58,477 nt of DNA from Candidatus Kaiserbacteria bacterium RIFCSPHIGHO2_01_FULL_55_37 (GCA_001781175.1 MFKY01000048.1:1-58477), one strand, 5' to 3'. Shown: positions 28,461 to 37,389, numbered from the stretch's first letter. The notes: generated by a model not told the origin, from the sequence alone. Numbers and translations: made by a program.

Positions 28461-29129
28461 TTATTTCGTCTTAGGCCAGCGTTTGGCGGCCTCTGGCCAG
28501 AGCTTGGTGAGCGGGTGCACGAGACAATCGTGCGGACGCGCCGGGCAAACGTAGCGGCCGTAGAGGACGAGGCCGTTGTTGACGTACTTCCAATCTTTTT
28601 TCGGAATCAATGTCTCAAGGTCTTTTGATATTTTCGTAAGGTCCTCGTTGTCGGTCAGGTCAAATCGCTTGGCGAAACGCTTTACGTGTGTGTCGGTCGG
28701 TATCCCCTCCCAGCTATCATAGAGCTCCCCCAATATCACGTGCGCTGTTTTGTAGCCGACGCCGGGGAGCGTCTGTAATTCCTTTGCCGTACGGGGTACT
28801 TTACCCGCAAAATCTCTCTCCACTTTGATTGCCGCCGCAATTATCGCCTTCGCCTTATTGCGGAAGAATGTGACGGACGAAATTTCTTTCTCTAAATCTT
28901 TCGGTTTAGCCCGAGCGAAGTCGAGGGCAGTCTTATATTTCTTAAATAGTTTGTCAGTCACGCGGTTTACTACTTTGTCCGTGCATTGTGCCGACATCAT
29001 GACCGCAACGACAAATTGGAAATGTGTCCGGTGTTTCAGCTCACTTTTCGGCACCGGATAGGCCTTTTTGAGGTACGCGACAAGCTTGCGAACTCGAAGT
29101 TTTCGTTCATTTTCTTTTGTCGCACTCAT
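28461..29129 (-). CDS. nth: Endonuclease III
   Basis: MSAQCTDKVVN, LPGVGYKTA HhH motif, DTHVKR. Confidence 0.93.
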   Translation of the reverse strand: MSATKENERKLRVRKLVAYLKKAYPVPKSELKHRTHFQFVVAVMMSAQCTDKVVNRVTDKLFKKYKTALDFARAKPKDLEKEISSVTFFRNKAKAIIAAAIKVERDFAGKVPRTAKELQTLPGVGYKTAHVILGELYDSWEGIPTDTHVKRFAKRFDLTDNEDLTKISKDLETLIPKKDWKYVNNGLVLYGRYVCPARPHDCLVHPLTKLWPEAAKRWPKTK

Positions 29130-29593
29130 TGAATGACAACGGGTATGGAAACAGAATCGTCGTTTTCCGGCATTCCCGAAGGATTGTCGCGTAAGAGGAC
29201 AACGGTCGCTGGCCCCGAATATGTGCCATCGAGGGTGACCGTCGCCGTAAACGTAACGAGGTCGGTCGTCATCCACTCCCCCTGTGCCTGGGCGATACCC
29301 TGCCCTATGAAGTTGTTATCCTTATCAACGATTTTGATGGGAAACGAGGCCTCAAAGTACCACGGGCCCGGAGCTGACCCCGAAACGACAAAAATATTCC
29401 CTACGGTTGAATTGGCCTTCGGCGAAGTAACGACCACGCTTGCAGAAAGCGGCTGTGTGGATGTCGCTGCGGGCGGCGTGGATGTGGCTGTGGGCGCTTC
29501 AACGCGCGCGGGCATCGCAAAAAGAACCCATGCAAGGACGACGATGACGATAAAAAGAAGGATTATAATCCCCCACCAGGTGCGTATTCTCAT
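29126..29593 (-). CDS. Membrane-anchored Gmad2 Ig-like domain protein
   Basis: N-terminal TM, G.A.G.WYFEASFP, WMT...V.F, DNPSG. Confidence 0.8.
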   Translation of the reverse strand: MRIRTWWGIIILLFIVIVVLAWVLFAMPARVEAPTATSTPPAATSTQPLSASVVVTSPKANSTVGNIFVVSGSAPGPWYFEASFPIKIVDKDNNFIGQGIAQAQGEWMTTDLVTFTATVTLDGTYSGPATVVLLRDNPSGMPENDDSVSIPVVIQ

Positions 29594-29602
29594 ATGTAAA
29601 GG

Positions 29603-30580
29603 TTACAACTCCGATATGATCTTGGCAATCTTTTCAGAATCATGCCGGGCGATATCCGCTTCTGAGAAGAAATCGCCGGTTATCAGATTTGCCGTATAAT
29701 CACCCAACGCCGCATCGCATTTCATCGGATACTTCTTTTCCTCCTCATACGCCGCGGCAAGCTTGGAGCTCATGGTCTGTATATTACAAATGACGTAATC
29801 GAACTTTTCGATGCCGCTATAGTGCAAAAGTTCTTTTATCATATCGGAACAGGCGAACCCGTGCGTCTCTCCCCACTTCGTCATCAAATTGCAGACGGCT
29901 ACCTTCTTCCCTTTGCTGGCCCGCAAAGATTCTTGCATTCCCCCTACGCAAAGTGTCGGGACAAGCGACGAATAGAGATCTCCCGGACCGATAACAATGA
30001 GGTCAGCCTCACGTATCGCCTTGTCGGTTTCCTCGTAGATGCGCGCCTCCGGTTCCAGAAATATATTCTTGATGCATAAATTACCGTCGTGTTTCGGAAT
30101 GTCGATGTTGGTCTCGCCTACTATCTCGGTGCCGTCTTCCAGTACCGCGTGTACATGCGATTTGTCCAAAGACACGGGCAGGACCTTTCCCTTGATATTG
30201 AGGAGCTCCGAGGCCTTGCGGATGCCTTCTATCTCGCCGCCGTAGATAGAAGAGAGCGCCGCAAGGAAAAGATTGCCGAAACTGTGGCCATGCAAAGCGC
30301 TGTGACCATTTTCTCCTCCGGAGGAGGACCTGCCTCTGGCGGGAAAACGGTAATTGAAAAGTTCTCGGAGAATCTCCGCCTGCCCTTCGTCCGCGAGCGC
30401 AAGCAATCCCCGGCGCACATCGCCCGGCGGCAAAATGCCGAACTCGTCGCGCAAAACCCCGGCAGAACCGCCCGAGTCGAACGAGGTGAAAACCGCCGTA
30501 ATATCGAGCGGAAACGCCTTGAGCCCGCGCAAAAGCGTGTATCCGCCGCTTCCCCCGCCTATCCGGACGACTTTTTTCAT
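29603..30580 (-). CDS. yvcK: YvcK/CofD-like (UPF0052) protein
   Basis: IGGGSG, DSGGSAG.LR, PPGD.R, GHSFGNL, IGPGDLYSS, RHD. Confidence 0.9.
   Translation of the reverse strand: MKKVVRIGGGSGGYTLLRGLKAFPLDITAVFTSFDSGGSAGVLRDEFGILPPGDVRRGLLALADEGQAEILRELFNYRFPARGRSSSGGENGHSALHGHSFGNLFLAALSSIYGGEIEGIRKASELLNIKGKVLPVSLDKSHVHAVLEDGTEIVGETNIDIPKHDGNLCIKNIFLEPEARIYEETDKAIREADLIVIGPGDLYSSLVPTLCVGGMQESLRASKGKKVAVCNLMTKWGETHGFACSDMIKELLHYSGIEKFDYVICNIQTMSSKLAAAYEEEKKYPMKCDAALGDYTANLITGDFFSEADIARHDSEKIAKIISEL
30314..30346 (+). repeat. Coding palindromic element read in frame on the minus strand as FPARGRSSSGG
   Basis: TCCTCCGGAGGAGGACCTGCCTCTGGCGGGAAA; homologous to 17913-17944. Confidence 0.75.
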
Positions 30581-30602
30581 AATGGCTTATTGTATACCCC
30601 TA

Positions 30603-31172
30603 TCACTCCACGCCAAACTTCTTGAGTGCTTCGAGTACGGCCGAAAGCGGCAGACCGGCGATGTTGTTGTGGTCCCCCGTCGTTCTTTCTATCAACGCGG
30701 CACCCTTCCCCTGAATGACGTACGCACCGGCGGCTTTGAGCGGTTCACCCGTCTTTACGTACCAGGAAATCTCTTGCGGCGATAACTTCCGGAATTTCAC
30801 GCGCGTCCCTACCGTTTTCGAAATATGCTTACCGGTTTTAGAGTCCACGACAGCAAACCCCGTAAGGATAGTGTGTGTCTTACCGCTCAACATCTCGAGC
30901 ATCAGGGCGGCGCGCTTTGGAGTATGCGGCTTCCCGAGGAGCGCGCCACGGTACACAACGAAGGTATCCGCACCGATAACGATTGCATCCGCGTGACGCG
31001 CCGCTGCGGTCTTTGCTTTGCCGAGCGCAAGATGCCGCGCGAGTACGCGCGGCGCAAGCGGGATGCGCATGTCTTCCTTATAGCCGCTTTCTTCCACGGT
31101 GAACGGAATGCCCGTCGTCGAGAGTATCTTTTTGCGCCACGGCGAGACGGAGGCGAGAATAATTTTCCGCAT
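30603..31172 (-). CDS. maf: Maf family nucleoside triphosphate pyrophosphatase
   Basis: IILAS.SP.R, IGADT, GKP, AGAY.IQG, GLP. Confidence 0.93.
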   Translation of the reverse strand: MRKIILASVSPWRKKILSTTGIPFTVEESGYKEDMRIPLAPRVLARHLALGKAKTAAARHADAIVIGADTFVVYRGALLGKPHTPKRAALMLEMLSGKTHTILTGFAVVDSKTGKHISKTVGTRVKFRKLSPQEISWYVKTGEPLKAAGAYVIQGKGAALIERTTGDHNNIAGLPLSAVLEALKKFGVE

Positions 31173-31262
31173 CGCGACAGTATTGCATCCCGCCCTTTCT
31201 GGGTAAAGGGTGGGATTGCACGAACGAAATGACCTTGCTAGAATGCTCGCACACACCCCATA

Positions 31263-31355
31263 CGTATCAAGAGTGCGACGAGAGTTCCGGCTTTATGACT
31301 CGCCAGCAACCTGCCGAAGGTAAGGTGCTCCATCCGGCCCCTAGCGGGAAGATGC
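31263..31355 (+). ncRNA. SAM riboswitch (SAM-I/IV-like)
   Basis: ATCAAGAG..GAGAG..GGC..ATGA..CAGCAACC..AAGGTGC..TCC..GATG core directly upstream of metK; boundaries approximate. Confidence 0.85.
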
Positions 31356-31411
31356 TTTTGTCGAAAGAATCTCCCTATAAGGGAGATATTGTTTATAGGT
31401 GTTTGAATTTA

Positions 31412-31442
31412 CTACAAGCTACAAGCTAATAACTACAAACTA
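31412..31442 (+). repeat. Heptamer tandem repeat CTACAAG-CTACAAG-CTAATAA-CTACAAA-CTA before the metK start
   Basis: Read directly from the sequence. Confidence 0.75.
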
Positions 31443-31448
31443 TTCCAT

Positions 31449-32504
31449 ATGTTCCACTTACTCGAACGATATACCGTTGAGAGCGTCACGTGCGGACACC
31501 CTGACAAAGTGTGTGACCAGATGTCCGACGCGATTCTTGATGCGATGCTCGCACAGGACCCTTTTAGCCGCGCGGGAGTAGAGACCTTCGGCAGCCACGG
31601 CACGCTCATGATAGGCGGTGAAGTGAAAACAAAAGCGAAAATAGATTTCGAAAAGATAGCGCGCAAAGTGTATAAAGACATCGGATACACCGAGAAGCTT
31701 GAGGTGTTTGTGCGCGTCGCGCAGCAATCCCCTGACATCGCGATGGGAGTGGATACGGGAGGCGCAGGAGACCAAGGCATCATGTACGGCTACGCGACGA
31801 ACGAGACAAAAGAATATTTGCCGAAAGGCGTCGTACTTGCGCACGCGCTCGCGAGACGGCTCGAAAAGTTGCGCCGCGACGGCACGCTTAAATGGCTCAA
31901 GCCCGACGGCAAGACGCAGGTGACCATTTCAAAAGGCAAAGTTATCACTGCGCTTTGCTCCACGCAGCACGACAAAAAAGTCTCGCAGGAAGAGATACGT
32001 AAGCAGCTCATTAAGCACCTCTTCACGCCTATACTCGGCTCGCTCAAAAATATCGAGATACTCGTCAATCCAACGGGGCGGTTTGTGCAAGGAGGATTTG
32101 AAGCCGATGCGGGGCTCACGGGCCGCAAAATCCAAGTAGACACCTACGGTGGGCTTATGCCACACGGTGGCGGCTGTTTCTCGGGTAAGGAGCCGATGAA
32201 GGTGGACCGCTCGGCCGCATACATGTGCCGTTTTGTCGCGAAGAACCTCGTCGCAAACGGCTATGCCAAGAAAGCGCTGGTATCGGTCGCCTACGCTATC
32301 GGCCGCGCGGAGCCCGTCATGATAGAGGCGTTCGACGAGAAAGGTAAGAACCTAACCCACATCGTGACCAAGAATTTCGATTTCCGCCCGCAAGCAATCA
32401 TCGAACGGCTGGACCTGCGCCGCCCCATCTACAAAGAAACCGCCGCCTATGGCCACTTCGGAGTAGCGGGAAGACCATGGGAGAAGATTGTGAAGCTTAA
32501 GTAA
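31449..32504 (+). CDS. metK: S-adenosylmethionine synthetase
   Basis: ESVT.GHPDK, GAGDQG, PDGKTQV, GLTGRKI, HGGG.FSGK. Confidence 0.98.
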   Translation: MFHLLERYTVESVTCGHPDKVCDQMSDAILDAMLAQDPFSRAGVETFGSHGTLMIGGEVKTKAKIDFEKIARKVYKDIGYTEKLEVFVRVAQQSPDIAMGVDTGGAGDQGIMYGYATNETKEYLPKGVVLAHALARRLEKLRRDGTLKWLKPDGKTQVTISKGKVITALCSTQHDKKVSQEEIRKQLIKHLFTPILGSLKNIEILVNPTGRFVQGGFEADAGLTGRKIQVDTYGGLMPHGGGCFSGKEPMKVDRSAAYMCRFVAKNLVANGYAKKALVSVAYAIGRAEPVMIEAFDEKGKNLTHIVTKNFDFRPQAIIERLDLRRPIYKETAAYGHFGVAGRPWEKIVKLK

Positions 32505-32517
32505 ATATTGGCCGCCC

Positions 32518-32558
32518 GCCTTCGCGAGGCCGCAGCCTCGCTTCGACGAGGCGAAGGC
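32518..32558. mobile_element. REP-like palindromic element
   Basis: GCCTTCGC...GCGAAGGC terminal stem with internal hairpins. Confidence 0.65.
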
Positions 32559-32591
32559 CCGTGGGAGAAAATAATCAAACTGAAAAAGTAA
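32559..32591 (+). pseudogene. Orphan recoded duplicate of the metK 3' end (PWEKIIKLKK*)
   Basis: Matches PWEKIVKLK* at 32475-32504. Confidence 0.85.
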
Positions 32592-32726
32592 GCGGCACGG
32601 GTGTTACACCGGACATCATCGCGTGATATGTTATCCCACTGTCGCTGACTTCGTAAGAATGCCCGGGCAATCAACATTGAATTGAATTTTGCGCACATAC
32701 CGACCCGACATAAGCGCGCCCTTACA

Positions 32727-32762
32727 CACATGCAACTATGACGGCCGTCACAGTTGCATGTG
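32727..32762. repeat. 36-nt palindrome upstream of the PaaX/Cas2-like gene
   Basis: CACATGCAACTATGACGGCCGTCACAGTTGCATGTG, 17 of 18 positions pair. Confidence 0.85.
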
Positions 32763-32789
32763 GTCATGATATTCTATGATAGATAACGT

Positions 32790-33365
32790 ATGGGGAAACT
32801 CGAAACGGCTGCCCGATTTGAAAGACGCAAGGGATACGTGCAAAAGGCCGTCTTAGCGAGCATCGGCATTGCGGGAATACTGCTTGTCGCGATGGCCGCG
32901 CCGAATACCCTGCAACTACTGGGAAAACTCGGCAAAGGCAAAAAGAGATTCGGCGAGGAAACCCGGTCAGCACTTTCGCGTCTTGCCTACAGAGGTCTCA
33001 TTGCCTTCGAAGAGCGCGATGGAAAGAAGTACGCCCGTATCACCGAGAAAGGTCGGCGAGCCCTTGAATTCGAAGCACAGAAAGCGGCTGTTCGCGCCAA
33101 GTGCGGAGGGCGATGGGATAAACGTTACCGAATGGTGATTTTTGATATTCCTGAGCGGAAACGCAGTATTCGCGCTTCTCTACGCCGAACCATGCGCGAA
33201 TCGGGTTTCTTGTGCATTCAAGGGAGCGTCTGGGTATACCCATATGATTGCGAGGATCTCATTGCACTTTTGAAAGCTGATCTTCACATCGGCAAAGATG
33301 TTTTGTATACCATCGTTGAAAAGATTGAGAACGATGCGTGGATCAAAAGACATTTCGACTTATAG
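32790..33365 (+). CDS. Solo PaaX-like wHTH plus Cas2-like (ferredoxin-fold) protein
   Basis: Hydrophobic N-segment, wHTH ALSRL..RGLI...ITEKG, then WD....VIFDIPE..R..R..LR....GF..IQGSVW. Confidence 0.8.
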   Translation: MGKLETAARFERRKGYVQKAVLASIGIAGILLVAMAAPNTLQLLGKLGKGKKRFGEETRSALSRLAYRGLIAFEERDGKKYARITEKGRRALEFEAQKAAVRAKCGGRWDKRYRMVIFDIPERKRSIRASLRRTMRESGFLCIQGSVWVYPYDCEDLIALLKADLHIGKDVLYTIVEKIENDAWIKRHFDL

Positions 33366-33380
33366 AAACAAATCATCAAA

Positions 33381-33416
33381 TACATACAAATCGGACGGCC
33401 GTCATATTTGTATGTA
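33381..33416. repeat. 36-nt palindrome downstream of the PaaX/Cas2-like gene
   Basis: TACATACAAATCGGACGGCCGTCATATTTGTATGTA, 16 of 18 positions pair; same GACGGCCGTC core. Confidence 0.85.
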
Positions 33417-33493
33417 GGTATATAAAGGGCTGTATGTGTTATGCGTCAGAGTAGAACTGTGCAACGAAAGTTGAAATCAGGTATCATGCGGGG

Positions 33494-34153
33494 ATGCACA
33501 AGGCATTCATCTTCGACATGGACGGTGTGCTCATCGACAGCGAACCTGTTTGGGACGAACTCGAACGCACGCAGCTGCCGAGATTCTTCGGGGCTGATAT
33601 TTTCGCGCGTATGGGAAGCTTTGTCGGCATCGGAGTTATCGACGTTATCGAGCGTGCCAAGTCGTTAGGTGCAGTCTTCGAACCGGCCGAGTATCTCAAG
33701 ATCGCCGACGAAATGGCCCGGGAAGTCTACGCTCGCGCTCCTATTACGAAAGATGCCGATGTCCTTGTACAAAAATTGCACGATACGGGTTTTCGCCTTG
33801 GTCTCGTAACTCAATCACCGCAGCAGTGGCTCGATCAGGCCCTACCGCGCCTGCCGTTCAAGGATAAATTAGAGGTCGTCATGTCGCTCTATGAACATCC
33901 CGAGCTTAAGCGCAAACCACATCCCGACGGCTACGTATCTGCACTTGCAACACTAAACGCCGACCCAAACCACTCTATCGTGCTTGAAGACTCGAATTTT
34001 GGTATACAAGCCGGAAAAGCTTCTGGAGCATATGTAATCGGCTACCGTGGCAACCTCGTGCACGGCTACGAGCAAACCGGCGCGGACGCGTATGCGGAGA
34101 CGATGGACGACGTAATCAAATTAGTCGAAAAATTCACTATTACTGAGCCGTAA
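33494..34153 (+). CDS. HAD-superfamily IA phosphatase
   Basis: FDMDGVLIDSE, KPHPD, EDS..G. Confidence 0.92.
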   Translation: MHKAFIFDMDGVLIDSEPVWDELERTQLPRFFGADIFARMGSFVGIGVIDVIERAKSLGAVFEPAEYLKIADEMAREVYARAPITKDADVLVQKLHDTGFRLGLVTQSPQQWLDQALPRLPFKDKLEVVMSLYEHPELKRKPHPDGYVSALATLNADPNHSIVLEDSNFGIQAGKASGAYVIGYRGNLVHGYEQTGADAYAETMDDVIKLVEKFTITEP

Positions 34154-34412
34154 CGGTTCCTGAGTAACGAATTTTTAATCCAATTTGCACAACGCTGATA
34201 GCAAGCGCGATTGCATTCGTCATCGCCAGCGGCGTCGACACAATTAACACGCCATACGTGAGCCAAAGACTACAATTGAGAAAATACATGACCAACATAC
34301 CCCACGACACATCTTCAACGCTTTTCGTTTTAAAAGATTTGTACACCTGAGGAAGCATCAGAGACGTCCCGATAATCGTTGCCGCATAACCAACAATATC
34401 TACTAACGCCAT
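34140..34412 (-). CDS. SemiSWEET/PQ-loop family transporter
   Basis: 90 aa, three TMs, LPQV.K..KTKS..DVS, W..YG, N. Confidence 0.88.
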   Translation of the reverse strand: MALVDIVGYAATIIGTSLMLPQVYKSFKTKSVEDVSWGMLVMYFLNCSLWLTYGVLIVSTPLAMTNAIALAISVVQIGLKIRYSGTVTAQ

Positions 34413-34417
34413 ATCGT

Positions 34418-36244
34418 TTATTCGACGGTAACTGACTTCGCGAGATTGCGGGGGCGGTCCACATTGAGGCCTTTTTCTTTGGCGAAGTAATAGGCGAACA
34501 GCTGGAGCGGTACGACATTCAGTATCGGCGATAGCATTTCAAGCGTCTCAGGTACGTAGATGACGTCATCGGCAAGTTTTGCTATCTCTTTGTCCCCTTC
34601 TGTCGCGACCGCAATGACCGGCCCTTTGCGCGCTTTTATCTCGTGGATATTGGATATCATTTTTTCATACATGCTGTCCTTCGGCGCGATAGCCATCGTC
34701 GGGAAATTCTCGTCTATCATCGCGATGGGGCCATGCTTCATCTCACCCGCGCCGCAACCTTCGGCGTGGATATAGGAAATTTCCTTGAGCTTGATGGCCC
34801 CCTCATACGCGATGGGATAATTGTATTTGCGACCGATGTACAGAAAATCGCGCGCGTGCGCATATTTCTTGGCCAGCTTCTGTATCTCCTCTTTTGTATC
34901 CAGTATCGCCTGGATTTTTTTCGGGAGCTCCTTGAGCGCGCGGGCAATTTCCTTGCCTTGCGCGGCTGTCATTCCACGCTGCCGTCCGAGGAATATCGTA
35001 AAGAGCGCGAGCGCAGTAAGTTGCGAGAGAAATGCTTTGGTGGAGGCGACGCTTACTTCCGGCCCCGCATGATTGTAAACGCCGGCATCCGTTTCGCGGG
35101 CAATTGTCGAACCGACGGCGTTCACTATGCCGAGCGTGAGCGCTCCGTGCCGTTTACCCTCGCGGACAGCCTCGAGCGTATCAAGTGTTTCTCCCGACTG
35201 GGAGATGGCCAGAACAGCTGTTCGTTCGTTGACAACAGGTTTCTTGTAGCGAAATTCGGAGCCAATCTCGACCTCCACCGGAATGCGGGCGTGTTCTTCG
35301 AGCATATACTCGCCGACCTGCGCCGCGTAGGATGCTGTCCCGCAGGCAACGATAATGATGCGGTCAATCTTTTCCAGCTGCTTCGCGACGGTTTCCAATC
35401 CACCGAGCTTCGCCAATCCTTTTTCGGGAATGAGCCTCCCGCGCAACGTATTTTCTATCACCTCCGGCCCCTCCATAATTTCCTTCAGCATGAAATGTTC
35501 GTAGCCGCCCTTTTGCGCCGCTTCCGCGCTCCAATCGATGTCGGTGGCGTCACGCTTTACCTTTGTCGAATCAAGCTTGAATATTCTGTGTCCGTCGGGC
35601 GAAATGACGGCGACCTCGCCATCTTCGAGAAAGACAACCTTGCGAGTGTGCGGGAGGATGGGCGTTGGGTCCGATGCGATGAAGTGCTCGCCATCGCCGA
35701 GCCCCAATACGATTGGCGAACCCATGCGCGCGGCGATGATGCGGTCCGGTTCTTTCTTGTATTGCAGCGCGATACCGTACGTCCCGCGCACTTCATTGAG
35801 TGCCGCGAGTGCGGCCTTCTCGAAACTTTTCTCGTGCTTCAAGTGTTCTTCAATCAAGTGCGTGAGCACCTCGGTGTCGGTATCCGAGCTGAATGTGTGC
35901 CCCGCCCTTTCGAGCTTTGCCTTTAATTCTTTAAAATTCTCAATGATGCCGTTGTGTACGACCCATATCTCACCGTCGCAACTCCCGTGCGGGTGGGCAT
36001 TCTTTTCGGTCGGCTCGCCGTGCGTTGCCCAGCGCAAATGAGCGATGCCGCTCTTGCCTGCAAAGTCCTTTGGCATTTTCTTGCGGAGTTCCGCGACCGC
36101 TCCAGGCGAACGTACCGAGCCCGATTCCGGCGTAAATATCCCGGCTGAGTCGTATCCGCGATATTCAAGAGAAAGCAGGCCGTCGAGAAGTACTCCGCCC
36201 GCTTCTTTACCTTTGTTGCCGGTGTATGCAAAAATGCCACACAT
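34418..36244 (-). CDS. glmS: Glutamine-fructose-6-phosphate aminotransferase
   Basis: MCGI, EYRGYDSAG, RWATHG, SQSGET, PRNLAKSVTVE. Confidence 0.99.
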   Translation of the reverse strand: MCGIFAYTGNKGKEAGGVLLDGLLSLEYRGYDSAGIFTPESGSVRSPGAVAELRKKMPKDFAGKSGIAHLRWATHGEPTEKNAHPHGSCDGEIWVVHNGIIENFKELKAKLERAGHTFSSDTDTEVLTHLIEEHLKHEKSFEKAALAALNEVRGTYGIALQYKKEPDRIIAARMGSPIVLGLGDGEHFIASDPTPILPHTRKVVFLEDGEVAVISPDGHRIFKLDSTKVKRDATDIDWSAEAAQKGGYEHFMLKEIMEGPEVIENTLRGRLIPEKGLAKLGGLETVAKQLEKIDRIIIVACGTASYAAQVGEYMLEEHARIPVEVEIGSEFRYKKPVVNERTAVLAISQSGETLDTLEAVREGKRHGALTLGIVNAVGSTIARETDAGVYNHAGPEVSVASTKAFLSQLTALALFTIFLGRQRGMTAAQGKEIARALKELPKKIQAILDTKEEIQKLAKKYAHARDFLYIGRKYNYPIAYEGAIKLKEISYIHAEGCGAGEMKHGPIAMIDENFPTMAIAPKDSMYEKMISNIHEIKARKGPVIAVATEGDKEIAKLADDVIYVPETLEMLSPILNVVPLQLFAYYFAKEKGLNVDRPRNLAKSVTVE

Positions 36245-36259
36245 TGAGCCACTGTAGCA

Positions 36260-36379
36260 CCCCGTTAGAAATTGCGGAAGTTCGGTATTTTCTGTTACGG
36301 AGATACTTTTTGCAAACGTGATTACAGTTGTAAACTCGACGTGCCGTTCGGAAGCGCAGGCTTCCTATTTCTAACGGGG
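36260..36379. mobile_element. MITE-like 120-bp element with 13-bp terminal inverted repeats
   Basis: CCCCGTTAGAAAT...ATTTCTAACGGGG, with AGCA on both flanks. Confidence 0.7.
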
Positions 36380-36399
36380 AGCACGTTTGTTTCAAAAAA

Positions 36400-37389
36400 T
36401 TAACGGAGTAGGATGTCGGCAATATCAGCCCGAAAGATGTTGACGGCAGAGTGTATCGAGGCGGCGTCGGGTGGACGCTTTGGGTACGTACGATTCGAGA
36501 GAACGACGAACGCGACCCCGTGTTCGGGGTCAACGGCGACCGACGTTCCCGTAAAGCCCGTTTTGCCGAAAGCGCCAGTGCCGAAGTGAGAGCCCATAAA
36601 CCACGGTTCAGCTTTCTGCCAGCCCCAATGTTTCCTCGCGCCGCCCATCACTGCCGGAAGCTTGCCTTGGAGTAATGCTTCGAGAAAATTGAGTGTATCG
36701 GGTGCGGTCGAGAATAATCCGGCGTGGCCGACGGCGCGATGCCGGGCAGAGAATACGCGCGCGCTTTCGTCGTGAACGACGCCGCAAACCTCTTGGCCGC
36801 CAACAACTTCAGTCGGGGGAATCCGTGAAATATCCGCGGAAAAAAACGTCGTGTCCTTCATGCCAAGTGACCCGAAGAAATATTTCCGCGCGAGAGCATC
36901 GAGCGTGTCGCCTGTCACCCGTTCGAGAACAACGCCGAGTAAGAATGCCGGAATGTTCGTATACAAATGTTTCCCGGGCGGACCATCAAATCCGCGCTCA
37001 AACACGTGCGAAAGCACCTCATCGGGCGTCTTATCTTTCAGCGTCGAGAGCTGCGGCCCGCGGACGCGATAGGTCAGCAAATTTTCGATGGTCGCGCCAT
37101 AGTCATTCTTCAGCTCCGGCAAATATTTCACTACTTTATCCGCGGGCCGCAATTTCCCCTCTCCCATCAACGTGAGCGCGAGCGATGCCGTGGGGATGGA
37201 CTTGGTTATAGAGGCGAGGTCGTAGACCGTGTCTTCGCAAACCACCGGAGAATCCAACTCATACGTAAAACGCCCGAACGGCGAAATCTCGCGTTCCCCA
37301 CCGGCACGAACAACGCCGATAACGCAGCCGGGAAATACTTTTTCCTGTATTGCACGGAGAGAGCTCTCCGCTATCGTTTCTTGTATCAT
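36400..37389 (-). CDS. Serine hydrolase, beta-lactamase class C-like family
   Basis: DLASITK (SxxK), YTN, GHAGLFST, GKTGFTG. Confidence 0.9.
   Translation of the reverse strand: MIQETIAESSLRAIQEKVFPGCVIGVVRAGGEREISPFGRFTYELDSPVVCEDTVYDLASITKSIPTASLALTLMGEGKLRPADKVVKYLPELKNDYGATIENLLTYRVRGPQLSTLKDKTPDEVLSHVFERGFDGPPGKHLYTNIPAFLLGVVLERVTGDTLDALARKYFFGSLGMKDTTFFSADISRIPPTEVVGGQEVCGVVHDESARVFSARHRAVGHAGLFSTAPDTLNFLEALLQGKLPAVMGGARKHWGWQKAEPWFMGSHFGTGAFGKTGFTGTSVAVDPEHGVAFVVLSNRTYPKRPPDAASIHSAVNIFRADIADILLR

Noticed and set aside
32727..33416. CRISPR-Cas locus (Cas2-like gene plus 36-nt repeats)
   Set aside because: Only two divergent palindromes separated by a whole gene; no spacers, cas1 or effector genes in the window
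34643..35926. Long antisense ORFs (e.g. 34643-35926, 39444-40550, 26398-27501, 13417-14319)
   Set aside because: Shadow ORFs of well-supported genes in high-GC DNA, with no recognisable motifs
36245..36399. glmS ribozyme upstream of glmS
   Set aside because: No recognisable AGCGCC...GACGAG core; the region is an IR-bounded element and glmS appears leaderless
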